IMG/VR virus record: IMGVR_UViG_3300044675_005482
Span: 32,001-96,000 of that record
Origin: a virus
Reading direction: 5' to 3' (one strand)
DNA: 64,000 nt
Shown: positions 49,616-58,196 of the stretch, in pieces
Layout of the letters: each line of letters starts with the position of its first letter
How positions within the stretch are numbered: position 1 is the stretch's first letter
Notes under the pieces: model-generated
Databases searched by the model: none
Told to the model about the DNA's origin: nothing
The model's input: only the letters and a program-made list of their open reading frames with translations
Position numbers and translations under genes: made by a program

Positions 49616-49663
49616 ACATATATATGCCATAGAGCATAAGCAATAATTTTAAAGGAGAATAAC

Positions 49664-50227
49664 ATGTCAAGCAATATACACCCAAATGCAGCAAAGGTGG
49701 TAGCAGCAGCAAAGAAGTATGCAGATGAAGGATACTCAGAGGGACCAAACAACGATACAATTTTTGGAAAGCGCTATGGAATGAATAATCAACCATGGTG
49801 TGCAATGTTTGTTTCAGGATGCTTTGATGATGCAGGACTAGTTCACCTAGTTGCAGCTTCAACCAAGAAGGGCTTTGCATCATGCGATGCAGGAGCACAG
49901 TGGTTTGCAAAGAACAAGAGAATTGTTCCAATTGGACAAGCACAAGCTGGTGACGTAGTATTCTTTAACTTTGATAAGACTCCTACAGATACAGAGCATG
50001 TTGGAATTGTTGTTAAGAATGACGGAAAGAATCTTCATTGCTATGAAGGAAACACAAGCGGAAACGCAAAAGGATCTCAAGCTAACGGAGACGGTGTATT
50101 TCTTAAGAAGAGAGCATACAGCTTAGTAATGTCAGTTGCTCGCCCAGATTGGGATGCAGCTCCAAAGGCTGCGGCTGCAGCTCCTGCAAAAAAGGCAGCA
50201 GTAAAAGCGCCAGCAAAGAAGAAGTAA
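49664..50227 (+). CDS. CHAP-domain peptidoglycan hydrolase (endolysin candidate) with PAKK tail
   Basis: PWCAMFVS, GDVVFF, HVGIV, EGNT; C-terminal AAPKAAAAAPAKKAAVKAPAKKK. Confidence 0.85.
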   Translation: MSSNIHPNAAKVVAAAKKYADEGYSEGPNNDTIFGKRYGMNNQPWCAMFVSGCFDDAGLVHLVAASTKKGFASCDAGAQWFAKNKRIVPIGQAQAGDVVFFNFDKTPTDTEHVGIVVKNDGKNLHCYEGNTSGNAKGSQANGDGVFLKKRAYSLVMSVARPDWDAAPKAAAAAPAKKAAVKAPAKKK

Positions 50228-50458
50228 ATGCTTCATAGATGGTTGCCAAATCCAGATAACAGTATAGATTATAATTATTTAGATATCGATACTCACAATG
50301 GCCCATTTTGCGACGTATGCAGAAAGTTTTTTTGTATGATATGCGACGACCTATCTCTTTTAAAGTGCGAAGAAGATCCAGATCCTAGCATAGAGTGGTC
50401 TCCAATAGGTGGAGAACTTGCAATGGCAATAATAAATAGAAAAGGTCACAATGAATAA
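50228..50458 (+). CDS. Small Cys-rich protein
   Basis: CDVC..FCMIC...C. Confidence 0.5.
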   Translation: MLHRWLPNPDNSIDYNYLDIDTHNGPFCDVCRKFFCMICDDLSLLKCEEDPDPSIEWSPIGGELAMAIINRKGHNE

Positions 50459-51041
50459 AGTAGAATTAGGTCCAGACATTTGGGCAATTGAAGATTTCTT
50501 ATCTAAAGAAGAATTAGATCAGCTTGTAGAGTTGGCAGAATCAAAGACTCAAGAAGATTGGGAGTATCAGTATAACTTTGATATTTCACAGGCCGCCTCA
50601 CAAGATGGTAAATTTAAAAAGGGTGACCCAGAATTTGATGAAGCAGTAAAAAAGAAAAATGTGTTTTGGGATGACAAAATGTTAGCAATATCTTTTCCAG
50701 AACTAAGAAAAATTCTTACAAAGAGAACGCTAGATGCATTTGACAATCAGTATAGAATCAATGAAATAGCACGAATTCAAAGACAATATCCTGGAACAGA
50801 GTTAAAGGTTCATCACGATCAGGGCTACGACATGACTCTATTAAGAGCGGTTATCATTTACCTTAATGATGATTATGATGGTGGAGAACTTTACTTTACA
50901 CAGCACGACTTAAAGCTTAAACCAAAGGCTGGTACCCTGGTTACATTCCCAGGAACTGACGACTACTTACATGGGGTGGCAAATGTATTGCCAGGCAAAA
51001 CACGCTATGTGATTAGCACATTTGCTTTTTCTAAGGACTAA
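50451..51041 (+). CDS. 2OG-Fe(II) oxygenase
   Basis: HHD, YLNDDYDGGEL, KPKAG, LHGV, TRY. Confidence 0.88.
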   Translation: MNKVELGPDIWAIEDFLSKEELDQLVELAESKTQEDWEYQYNFDISQAASQDGKFKKGDPEFDEAVKKKNVFWDDKMLAISFPELRKILTKRTLDAFDNQYRINEIARIQRQYPGTELKVHHDQGYDMTLLRAVIIYLNDDYDGGELYFTQHDLKLKPKAGTLVTFPGTDDYLHGVANVLPGKTRYVISTFAFSKD

Positions 51042-51045
51042 TACA

Positions 51046-51552
51046 ATGAATATATCAATACTTGGCAATGGTTTTATTGCATCTGCATTAATAGAAATTA
51101 TTGATGATTACAATAAAAAAGAAGAAGCAAACAAAATAAACATCAATAACGTTCTTGTCAGAAACCCTTCTAGATATAGCAATGTTTCAGAATATATGAC
51201 TACTGATTTAGAAGACATTCTTCAAAACCAAAGCGATATTGTTATAGATCTTAGTAATAACATAAAGTTTTCTTTAGAGACATTGCCTAAAATTGCTGCT
51301 GCTGGTAAATCTATAATGGTTCTAGGCAAAGTTTTTCTTTCAGAGCACGGTAAATTTGTATCCAACTTAGAAAAAGAATATGGAATAAAGGTTTTAATAG
51401 GAGGCTGTATTTCTGCTGACCTTCCACTTAACATATCAGATTCTAATCCAATGTATTATCCAGGAGTTAATTACATTGAAAAAAGAGGGAATAGCTCTGA
51501 CCAAGTCTGTACTGCAATTTTTGAAGAACTCATATATTTCTATAGCAAGTAA
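51046..51552 (+). CDS. Stand-alone Rossmann domain resembling the homoserine dehydrogenase N-terminus
   Basis: ISILGNGFIA, VLVRN, DIVID, AGKSI, GGCISADLP. Confidence 0.55.
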   Translation: MNISILGNGFIASALIEIIDDYNKKEEANKININNVLVRNPSRYSNVSEYMTTDLEDILQNQSDIVIDLSNNIKFSLETLPKIAAAGKSIMVLGKVFLSEHGKFVSNLEKEYGIKVLIGGCISADLPLNISDSNPMYYPGVNYIEKRGNSSDQVCTAIFEELIYFYSK

Positions 51553-51554
51553 TA

Positions 51555-51622
51555 TGATATAATTATACTAGGATGCCCGATAGGGGTCCTAATATAACTT
51601 ATTCGCTTGAAAGGGGAATAAA
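51555..51622 (+). promoter_or_regulatory. Promoter plus two-hairpin 5'UTR with a ROSE-like RNA thermometer
   Basis: TGATATAAT; hairpin 51569-51591; TTATTCGCTT-GAA-AGGGGAATAA pairs UCGCU with the SD. Confidence 0.6.
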
Positions 51623-52042
51623 ATGGTAACACAATTTGCTATGGATCTTTTTAGAGATCCATTTTTTATTGGCTTTAATCGTGAGTTAGAAAGAATGGCT
51701 AATGTGCACAATGCTGCATCTCGTCAATCTTATCCTCCATATGATGTATTAAAGCTAGATGATGACACATACAGAGTGTCACTTGCAGTAGCAGGATTTA
51801 CAAAGGAAGATATTGATCTATCAGTAGACAATGGAACCCTTGTAGTATCTGGAGAAATCACAGAAATTACCGATGCAGAAGTTTTGCATAAAGGAATTGC
51901 TGCCCGTAAGTTCACAAGGTCTTTTGCCCTTGGAGAATACATGGAAGTCTCTACTGCGTCGTTAAAGGACGGAATGCTTCATATTGATATTGATCGCATT
52001 ATTCCTGAAGACAAAAAGCCAAAAACAATTAAAATCAAATAA
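51623..52042 (+). CDS. Small heat-shock protein (Hsp20/IbpA-like)
   Basis: YPPYDV, LAVAGF, LHKGIAARKFTRSF, LKDGML. Confidence 0.93.
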   Translation: MVTQFAMDLFRDPFFIGFNRELERMANVHNAASRQSYPPYDVLKLDDDTYRVSLAVAGFTKEDIDLSVDNGTLVVSGEITEITDAEVLHKGIAARKFTRSFALGEYMEVSTASLKDGMLHIDIDRIIPEDKKPKTIKIK

Positions 52043-52044
52043 GG

Positions 52045-52127
52045 TATAATAGTACTGTCCCATCGGATGGGATATCGGGCTAATAGTTACGCCTTAGGAT
52101 GGACCTGAGCATGTCCTCAAACTGCTC
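52045..52127 (+). ncRNA. Putative structured leader or small RNA with an H-type pseudoknot
   Basis: TATAAT 52045-50; hairpin 52056-74; GGAC/GTCC stem whose loop GAGCA can pair with TGCTC. Confidence 0.4.
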
Positions 52128-52146
52128 TTTAAATTTAGGGAGACAC

Positions 52147-52554
52147 ATGTTTGAATACAGGGTTAAGCAGGTAACAAAGGTAGTGGACGGAGATACTATT
52201 GATGTTGATATTGATCTTGGTTTTAGCATATCTTACTCTCAAAGATTAAGACTAGCTGGAATAGATACACCAGAGTCTAGAACATCAGACAGGTTTGAAA
52301 AGACACTTGGAGTTGAATCAAAGGATTATTTAAAACATAAGTTAAAAGATGCTAAGGATGTAGTTGTAAGAACAGAAAAGCCAGACAGCTCAGAAAAGTA
52401 TGGCAGAATACTTGGTTGGGTTTATGTTGATGGAAACACAAAATCAGTTAATGAACAAATGATTGAAGATGGATATGCATGGGGATACATGGGAGAAACT
52501 AAGGTCAAAGATTTTGCAGCCTTAGCTGAAAAGAGAAAAAAGAGCGGCAAGTAA
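52147..52554 (+). CDS. Thermonuclease (SNase-like)
   Basis: VVDGDTID, RLAGIDTPE, EKYGRILG. Confidence 0.9.
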   Translation: MFEYRVKQVTKVVDGDTIDVDIDLGFSISYSQRLRLAGIDTPESRTSDRFEKTLGVESKDYLKHKLKDAKDVVVRTEKPDSSEKYGRILGWVYVDGNTKSVNEQMIEDGYAWGYMGETKVKDFAALAEKRKKSGK

Positions 52555-52742
52555 TGCCAGTATACGAATACAAATGTAGATTAGATGAAGCACATGCTTT
52601 GTTATCAATAACAAGATCCATATCAGATTCAGATCCAGGATACAGATGTGAAGAATGTAACTCAGAAATGATAAGACACTTTAGTCCATTTGGTATACAG
52701 TTTAAGGGTAACGGCTTTTATAAAACAGATAATCCTAGTTAA
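52554..52742 (+). CDS. FmdB-family zinc ribbon protein
   Basis: MPVYEYKC...CEEC...FKGNGFYKTD. Confidence 0.85.
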   Translation: MPVYEYKCRLDEAHALLSITRSISDSDPGYRCEECNSEMIRHFSPFGIQFKGNGFYKTDNPS

Positions 52743-52757
52743 TTTTAACTAACATTC

Positions 52758-52801
52758 TGCTATAATTACTAAGTAAGCAAAGATATTGCATTACTTAGGA
52801 G
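52758..52801 (+). promoter_or_regulatory. Extended -10 promoter and leader hairpin overlapping the SD
   Basis: TGCTATAAT; CTAAGTAAGCAA/TTGCATTACTTAG stem reaching into AGGAG. Confidence 0.5.
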
Positions 52802-52809
52802 ATACCTAG

Positions 52810-55323
52810 TTGACTAGAAAGTTACAGTATTTTTTAACCAGCCTTTTTATAATCGGCTGGCTTTTCCTTTTTGGGCCCAGTATAGCAAATGCTGATGAGC
52901 CAACAGTTCAAGTAACTCCAGCTAATCCTTCTTCAGATACTGCCACAGCAACCACTCCTATTACAGTTGAAACGGTTGCAGATAAGGTAGAAGCGGCAGC
53001 AGATACATTACAGGCAGCAGCAGAAACACAAGCAGCTGCTATAACTACTACAATTCAAGCTAATGTTCCTAACACAACAATAACACAAGCAGCTACAATT
53101 GCTACCACACAAGAGCCAATTGCTACTGCAGTTGCAGAGGCTACAGTAAAGGTGCAAGAGGCCACAACAGCGATTCAGTCTGCTGAGACAGCGGTTTCTG
53201 TTGCTACAACGGCACAGTCAGCTGTTGAGTCACAAACGGTGGTAGTTGCAGAAGCAACAACAAATTTAAATAATGCTCAGACAGCATTAAATACAGTAAC
53301 TCAGCAAGTCGAATCACAGACCGCAGTGGTTGCTGCAGATACTGCAAACGTAGCAGTGGCGCAGGCTGCCGTTAATGCACAGACCACCGTAGTAAATACC
53401 GAAACTTCAGAGCTAACTGCTCTTCAAAATACTCCTTCAGATTCTAAAACCTATACAACTACTGGATATGTAGCCCCAGTTGCTCCTGAAAATCCAACCA
53501 CAACCACTACAGTTTTGCCAGCAATGTATGATGCAGCAACTAAAATAAACACACCGTTTGATATCAAAATGGGTAACACTGTTTATGAAGGACAGGGCAA
53601 TAATAGCCAGATATATGTAACTTCAAAAGCAACTATTACATTTGGCGTGGGAGATTTTAACTGGACCGACTTCCCAGCAGGTGCACACATTTCAGTATTT
53701 GGTAGTGATTTTATGAGTGCAGGTCCTGGTGCTGGAATTACTGTAAAAACAACAGAGACAACTTTAGCTGTTGATTGGGATCTTCATAGATTTGGAGACA
53801 ATAATGGACCAATTACAAATGTTAATTGGACTATGACTGTTAACCCTACAACAGGTGAATGGACTGGTGTAGGTACCGTTGCTGGTAATACTACATCATT
53901 ATATGGCGGACCTCGTATTGGAATTCGTGAGGCTTCTGGCCAAGCTGTAAAGCCAATGACAAATGTAACTAATACAGAACTAACTGCTCAAATTGAAAGT
54001 CAAACAGCAGTGGTTGCTACTGAAACTGCAGAACTAACTACCTTAGTCCAAGAAAAGAATGAAGCTGTAGCGGTACTTGCAGCAGACACTGCAATTCTAA
54101 ATACATTGCAAGCGCAAAAAACAACTGCTGAAGCAGTAGTTATAGATAAAACAGAAATTAAAACAGCAGAAGTTGCAACTTTAACTCAACTTACAGAAAC
54201 TGCAACGGCCACAGTTCAGGCTGCAGATACACTTGCAAATACAGCAACTACAAAAGTAAATGAGGCAGTAACAGCAATGACAAATGCTGCACAAGTTACT
54301 ACAAATTATTACGCAGAACAGAGAGCTGCACAACAAGCAGCGTCTCAGGCAGCTGCAGAAGCAGCAGCACAACAAGCAGCACAAGAAGCTGCGGCAGCGG
54401 AAGCTGCAGCGGCCAAAGCAGAAGCAGAAGCTAAAGCAGCTGCAGAAGCTGCAGCAAAAGCCGAAGCCGAAGCAAAGGCAGCCGCTGAAGCAGCGGCCAA
54501 AGCAGAAGCAGATAGAGTTGCTGCTGAGGAAGCAGCAGCTAAAGCAGAAGCAGATCGTGTAGCAGCAGAAGAAGCTGCAGCAAAAGCTGAACAAGAAGCT
54601 AAAGAGCAAGCAGAGGCAAATGCTAAAGCAGAAGCAGAAAGATTAGAGGCAGAAGCAGAGGCTGCAAGACAAGCAGAAGAGCAAGCCAAAGCAGAAGCAG
54701 AAGCTAAAGCACAAGAAGAAGCAAATGCAAAAGCAGAAGCGGAAGCTAAGCAAGCAGAGGCAGATAAATTAAAGGCTGAGGCGGAAGCAAAAGAGGCAGA
54801 GAAGGAAGCCCTTGATAAAGCTATAGAAGATGCTAAACAAGGTAAAGAATTAACTGAAGAACAAAAAGACGCAGTAGTTGAAAGTCTTGTTGCAGACCTA
54901 AAGCAAGGAGAAGCAGTAAGTTCTGCAGATATTAAAGCATCTGGAATTGAATATAAAGATCTTCCACCTGCAACCCCAGTAGATGTTAGAACAGATGAAA
55001 ATGGAAATGCAGTTGTAATTACTGCAGCAGTTGCTGCACAAGTAGAATTATTACAAAATCCTTCAGAGCTTTTGTCAACAGCATTAGAGAATCCAGCTGC
55101 AGCAATTGCAGCATTGGGCGCAATCGGTGCTGACATGTCAGATGAAGAAAGAGAAGAAGCAACAGATATGGTTGTTGCTACAGTAGTTGCAGCAGGTGCT
55201 GCAATTAACGCAGCAGCCGTTGCCACAGGAGGAGCCACAGGAGGTGGCACAGGAGGCGGAGGAAGTTCTGGTGGGGGCTCAGGAGCCAATTCACCAGGTT
55301 CACGAGGAGGAAGAAGATGGTAA
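52810..55323 (+). CDS. Exported, probably C-terminally anchored, long coiled-coil surface protein
   Basis: Signal peptide ending ANA|D, Ala/Thr coiled coil, central beta domain, EAAAKAE repeats, hydrophobic stretch then Gly-rich GGRRW end. Confidence 0.7.
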   Translation: MTRKLQYFLTSLFIIGWLFLFGPSIANADEPTVQVTPANPSSDTATATTPITVETVADKVEAAADTLQAAAETQAAAITTTIQANVPNTTITQAATIATTQEPIATAVAEATVKVQEATTAIQSAETAVSVATTAQSAVESQTVVVAEATTNLNNAQTALNTVTQQVESQTAVVAADTANVAVAQAAVNAQTTVVNTETSELTALQNTPSDSKTYTTTGYVAPVAPENPTTTTTVLPAMYDAATKINTPFDIKMGNTVYEGQGNNSQIYVTSKATITFGVGDFNWTDFPAGAHISVFGSDFMSAGPGAGITVKTTETTLAVDWDLHRFGDNNGPITNVNWTMTVNPTTGEWTGVGTVAGNTTSLYGGPRIGIREASGQAVKPMTNVTNTELTAQIESQTAVVATETAELTTLVQEKNEAVAVLAADTAILNTLQAQKTTAEAVVIDKTEIKTAEVATLTQLTETATATVQAADTLANTATTKVNEAVTAMTNAAQVTTNYYAEQRAAQQAASQAAAEAAAQQAAQEAAAAEAAAAKAEAEAKAAAEAAAKAEAEAKAAAEAAAKAEADRVAAEEAAAKAEADRVAAEEAAAKAEQEAKEQAEANAKAEAERLEAEAEAARQAEEQAKAEAEAKAQEEANAKAEAEAKQAEADKLKAEAEAKEAEKEALDKAIEDAKQGKELTEEQKDAVVESLVADLKQGEAVSSADIKASGIEYKDLPPATPVDVRTDENGNAVVITAAVAAQVELLQNPSELLSTALENPAAAIAALGAIGADMSDEEREEATDMVVATVVAAGAAINAAAVATGGATGGGTGGGGSSGGGSGANSPGSRGGRRW
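54385..54810 (+). repeat. Degenerate ~42-bp (14-aa) coding tandem repeat
   Basis: AAEAAAKAEAEAKA x2, then AAEEAAAKAEADRV-type units; boundaries approximate. Confidence 0.7.
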
Positions 55324-55496
55324 GAATAATAAAGAATATCCTAAAGGATATGGTAGACCAAGCATGGACGCTTCTCGGTATGTTTATTGCTTGGGTAGTT
55401 CTGGACGGAAGTGCAAAGACTGTAGTTGGTTATGGAATCATGGCAACAACTGCTCTTTGGATAATTACAAGCCCGATCAGAAATAGAGAGGAATAA
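55317..55496 (+). CDS. 59-aa two-TM membrane protein (not in ORF track)
   Basis: GAGGAGG RBS; DQAWTLLGMFIAWVVLDGSAKTVVGYGIMATTALWII. Confidence 0.7.
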   Translation: MVRIIKNILKDMVDQAWTLLGMFIAWVVLDGSAKTVVGYGIMATTALWIITSPIRNREE

Positions 55497-55498
55497 AA

Positions 55499-55789
55499 AT
55501 GGCAAAAGCACATATTGAAGAGCCAGTACAGGTAGGTTCTGGAGCAATTGCAAGCATCAATAACATATTCATGAGAATTGTTGCTGTATTTGCAGCATCA
55601 GGACTTTCAGTAATTGGAGCAGGAGCAGTAGTCGGAATTGAAACATACAAGGCTGTTATTCTTGCTGGAACATTAGGAGTAGCAACAGTAGTTGAGAAAT
55701 TAGCTCGTGGTTTCCTAGATGATGGCAAGCTAACAATTGATGAAATTAATTCAGCGTTTTCAGCAGTCGATAAAAAAGCTGCGAAATAA
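55499..55789 (+). CDS. Membrane protein (holin-like candidate)
   Basis: Two hydrophobic segments and a DDGKLTIDEIN C-terminus. Confidence 0.55.
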   Translation: MAKAHIEEPVQVGSGAIASINNIFMRIVAVFAASGLSVIGAGAVVGIETYKAVILAGTLGVATVVEKLARGFLDDGKLTIDEINSAFSAVDKKAAK

Positions 55790-55798
55790 TGCTATAAT
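55790..55798 (+). promoter_or_regulatory. Extended -10 promoter, leaderless
   Basis: TGCTATAAT-N6-ATG(55805). Confidence 0.6.
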
Positions 55799-55804
55799 AG
55801 TATT

Positions 55805-55948
55805 ATGAAAACCTATTTAATTAAGTTATCTGTTGATATTGAAATAGAGGCCTTTAATGAGGACGATGCTAAAGAATATTTATCAGACATATTTAATATT
55901 GATGATGAGATTAAAAAGGTTGGCATAGTAAAAATTATTGAAAAATAA
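55805..55948 (+). CDS. 47-aa hypothetical protein (not in ORF track)
   Basis: MKTYLIKLSVDIEIEAFNEDDAKEYL...IEK*. Confidence 0.6.
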   Translation: MKTYLIKLSVDIEIEAFNEDDAKEYLSDIFNIDDEIKKVGIVKIIEK

Positions 55949-55951
55949 TCG

Positions 55952-55981
55952 TTGACAAACCTCATTAATACAATGTATAAT
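55952..55981 (+). promoter_or_regulatory. Consensus SigA promoter TTGACA-N18-TATAAT for the whiB operon
   Basis: Perfect hexamers. Confidence 0.75.
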
Positions 55982-56016
55982 AGTTATACCAGGCGGACTG
56001 AGTGATAGGAAAATGA

Positions 56017-56250
56017 GTGCTTAATCTCACCGAAAAGGGTGTTGAGGTATTTATCAAAAAATACAAAAGCGACAAGCAAGAGTCTTTCTGGGATAACTAC
56101 GACCTAATTATTTGGAATAAAAATAATAGTGGTTTTACAAACATCAAAGGACTTTTCAGAAACAATTCATGGGGCCTAGCAGATAAAATATCTGTTAGTG
56201 ATCAAGGAGTCTGGAAACTGTCAAAAAAGTATGTCAAATATTTTAAATGA
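56017..56250 (+). CDS. Hypothetical protein
   Basis: 77 aa, Trp-rich, GTG start. Confidence 0.55.
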   Translation: MLNLTEKGVEVFIKKYKSDKQESFWDNYDLIIWNKNNSGFTNIKGLFRNNSWGLADKISVSDQGVWKLSKKYVKYFK

Positions 56251-56542
56251 ACTTGGTATAGATAGAGACGACTTTCAATGGTTCCATCTTGCGCTATGTC
56301 GTGGGATGGACACCAATTTGTTCTATGACAAGTACGAAGCAGATGTAAATATAGCAAAAAATATAGACGAGGCCTGTCTTGGGTGCCCCGTTATTAAAAC
56401 ATGCTACGAGTTTGGTACTGAAAACAACGAGCACGGAATCTGGGGTGGAGTGTACTTAAACTCTGGATCAACAGATAAAGCCAGAAACTCTCATAAAACA
56501 AAAGAGGTCTGGAAGAGACTAAAGGCAAAGCATGGAAAATAA
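56231..56542 (+). CDS. whiB: WhiB-family Fe-S transcription factor
   Basis: W...ALC...LFY...C..CPV...C...GIWGG. Confidence 0.9.
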   Translation: MSNILNELGIDRDDFQWFHLALCRGMDTNLFYDKYEADVNIAKNIDEACLGCPVIKTCYEFGTENNEHGIWGGVYLNSGSTDKARNSHKTKEVWKRLKAKHGK

Positions 56543-56837
56543 ACACTTTAAGTATGGAATCAATCAATGGACTGGTGAGCCAAATAAGCCTGTTTTTTAT
56601 ACCCCAGAAATGTCTAAAGCTGTAAGATCAATTAAAAAACCAGTTCACAATTTACAAATGGACATAGCACAGTACCCAGATTTTCTTGCTATAAGACTAT
56701 ATGAAGATAATTTTGTTCAATTTGCTGGAAATAAAAAAGAAATGGTAATTGATTATGTATCTAAGATTAAAAAGATTATAGAGTCATATGGGGTAAGATG
56801 TGAATTGGAAGGTGTTCCTAGTGCAAGAATACTATGA
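56532..56837 (+). CDS. Hypothetical protein
   Basis: 101-aa coupled ORF. Confidence 0.55.
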   Translation: MENKHFKYGINQWTGEPNKPVFYTPEMSKAVRSIKKPVHNLQMDIAQYPDFLAIRLYEDNFVQFAGNKKEMVIDYVSKIKKIIESYGVRCELEGVPSARIL

Positions 56838-57018
56838 TACGGTTATTATAGTTTATTTACACAATTTAGGTGTTACTGGAACAATTGATAAAATGGGAGC
56901 GTATGCTTCAATTGTAAGATATAAAAAAGACGAAGTAGAGTACGAAGAACTGATTGAAAATAATGAATTCGCCATATTGGATGAATTAGTATTTGAACAT
57001 ATAATAGAGGAACAATAA
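56800..57018 (+). CDS. Hypothetical protein
   Basis: Small beta-rich ORF; start uncertain. Confidence 0.45.
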   Translation: MNWKVFLVQEYYDTVIIVYLHNLGVTGTIDKMGAYASIVRYKKDEVEYEELIENNEFAILDELVFEHIIEEQ

Positions 57019-57254
57019 TGGAAAAGATCCTGTGCTATTCATGCAATAAGAGTAAGAATAAACTAAGCGTAAAGTTTTCTTCCCTTTTGCCAATTAGCCT
57101 ACTGATGTGCGAAACCTGCATATCTTCTAAGTTTGAGCCACGCTGGGTAATTATCTTGTCTGGAAGACAAAATGGGGCTGAGTCCGTAAGAGACTTTATC
57201 CTAAAAAGAAAGTACGTTGGTAGCGAAATTACAGCATCTGAGCTTATTCTTTAA
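57018..57254 (+). CDS. Zinc-finger hypothetical protein
   Basis: CYSC...CETC. Confidence 0.55.
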   Translation: MEKILCYSCNKSKNKLSVKFSSLLPISLLMCETCISSKFEPRWVIILSGRQNGAESVRDFILKRKYVGSEITASELIL

Positions 57255-57294
57255 GCATGTTGGACATTGAATTTATAAATAGTATACTAGTATT

Positions 57295-57852
57295 ATGACC
57301 TGTATAGTTGCTATTGCCCAAAATGGAGTTGTCTATATGGCCTCCGACCATGCTGCTTCAGACGATAAAACTGGATGGATTCTGTCTAGAAAAGAACCAA
57401 AGGTTTTTAAAGTTGGACAATATGGAGTTGCATTTACAGATTCATTTCGCATGGGACAAATTTTGCAATACTCATGGACTCCTCCAAAGTACACACCAAC
57501 AAAAACAAATTCTGGTTTAGATAAATTTATGAGAACTAAGTTTGTTGATTCAGTTAAGCAAGCATTTAAAGACAACGGATACGGAAGCATCGGATCTTCC
57601 TCAGAAGAAGATACTGGTGGAATTTTTATAGTAGGGGTATGCGGTAGAATCTTTACTATAGATGAAGACTTTCATGTAGGAGAAAATGTTGTAAACTATA
57701 TGGCGGAAGGCAGTGGCGGAATGATAGCATTGGGAGCTTTATACGCTACAAAAAATCAAAAGAATCCACGTTTACGTTTAAAGGCTGCATTAGAAGCTGC
57801 AACAGAGTTTAATATGTCAGTAGCAGCACCCTACACTTATATTCAAGTTTAG
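57295..57852 (+). CDS. Ntn-hydrolase, HslV/proteasome-beta-like protease
   Basis: N-terminal M-T-CIV, ASD, KVF, GSGG..ALGAL; leaderless promoter TATACT 57283-57288. Confidence 0.75.
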   Translation: MTCIVAIAQNGVVYMASDHAASDDKTGWILSRKEPKVFKVGQYGVAFTDSFRMGQILQYSWTPPKYTPTKTNSGLDKFMRTKFVDSVKQAFKDNGYGSIGSSSEEDTGGIFIVGVCGRIFTIDEDFHVGENVVNYMAEGSGGMIALGALYATKNQKNPRLRLKAALEAATEFNMSVAAPYTYIQV

Positions 57853-57866
57853 TGTATAATTGAGGT

Positions 57867-58196
57867 ATGAAGATGTTAACAACCTTACTTGCAGCAGTAG
57901 TTGGATTTTTCGGATTCAAGGCGGCCAGAGAGTTCTTTGATAAGAATGTAATTTTAATTGCAGATAAAGACGATATTATTCAAGAAGGATATAACGATCC
58001 TGATGATTTTTACAAAGATGCTATGGATTTAAGAGGGACCCCAACACACGAATGCGTATGTGGATCTAATATATGGAATGTTAGAGTTATATTCCAAGAT
58101 TTTGAGGTTGCCCAATACTTTTTAGATATGGAATGTGCAGGCTGTGGTAGCATTGCAACAGCACCTACGTTATTAGACAGAGAACCTAAAGAATGA
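57867..58196 (+). CDS. Membrane-anchored zinc-binding protein
   Basis: N-terminal hydrophobic segment; HECVCG...ECAGCG; leaderless promoter TATAAT 57855-57860. Confidence 0.55.
   Translation: MKMLTTLLAAVVGFFGFKAAREFFDKNVILIADKDDIIQEGYNDPDDFYKDAMDLRGTPTHECVCGSNIWNVRVIFQDFEVAQYFLDMECAGCGSIATAPTLLDREPKE

Noticed and set aside
52067-52108. uORF peptide ANSYALG as a tmRNA tag
   Set aside because: No tRNA-like domain and the region is far too short for tmRNA
54181-55289. Long minus-strand ORFs (314 aa Ala/Ser-rich; 142 aa Cys/Phe-rich) and alternative-frame + ORFs
   Set aside because: Shadows of the GCA/GAA-rich repeat region of 52810..55323; no RBS or promoter support
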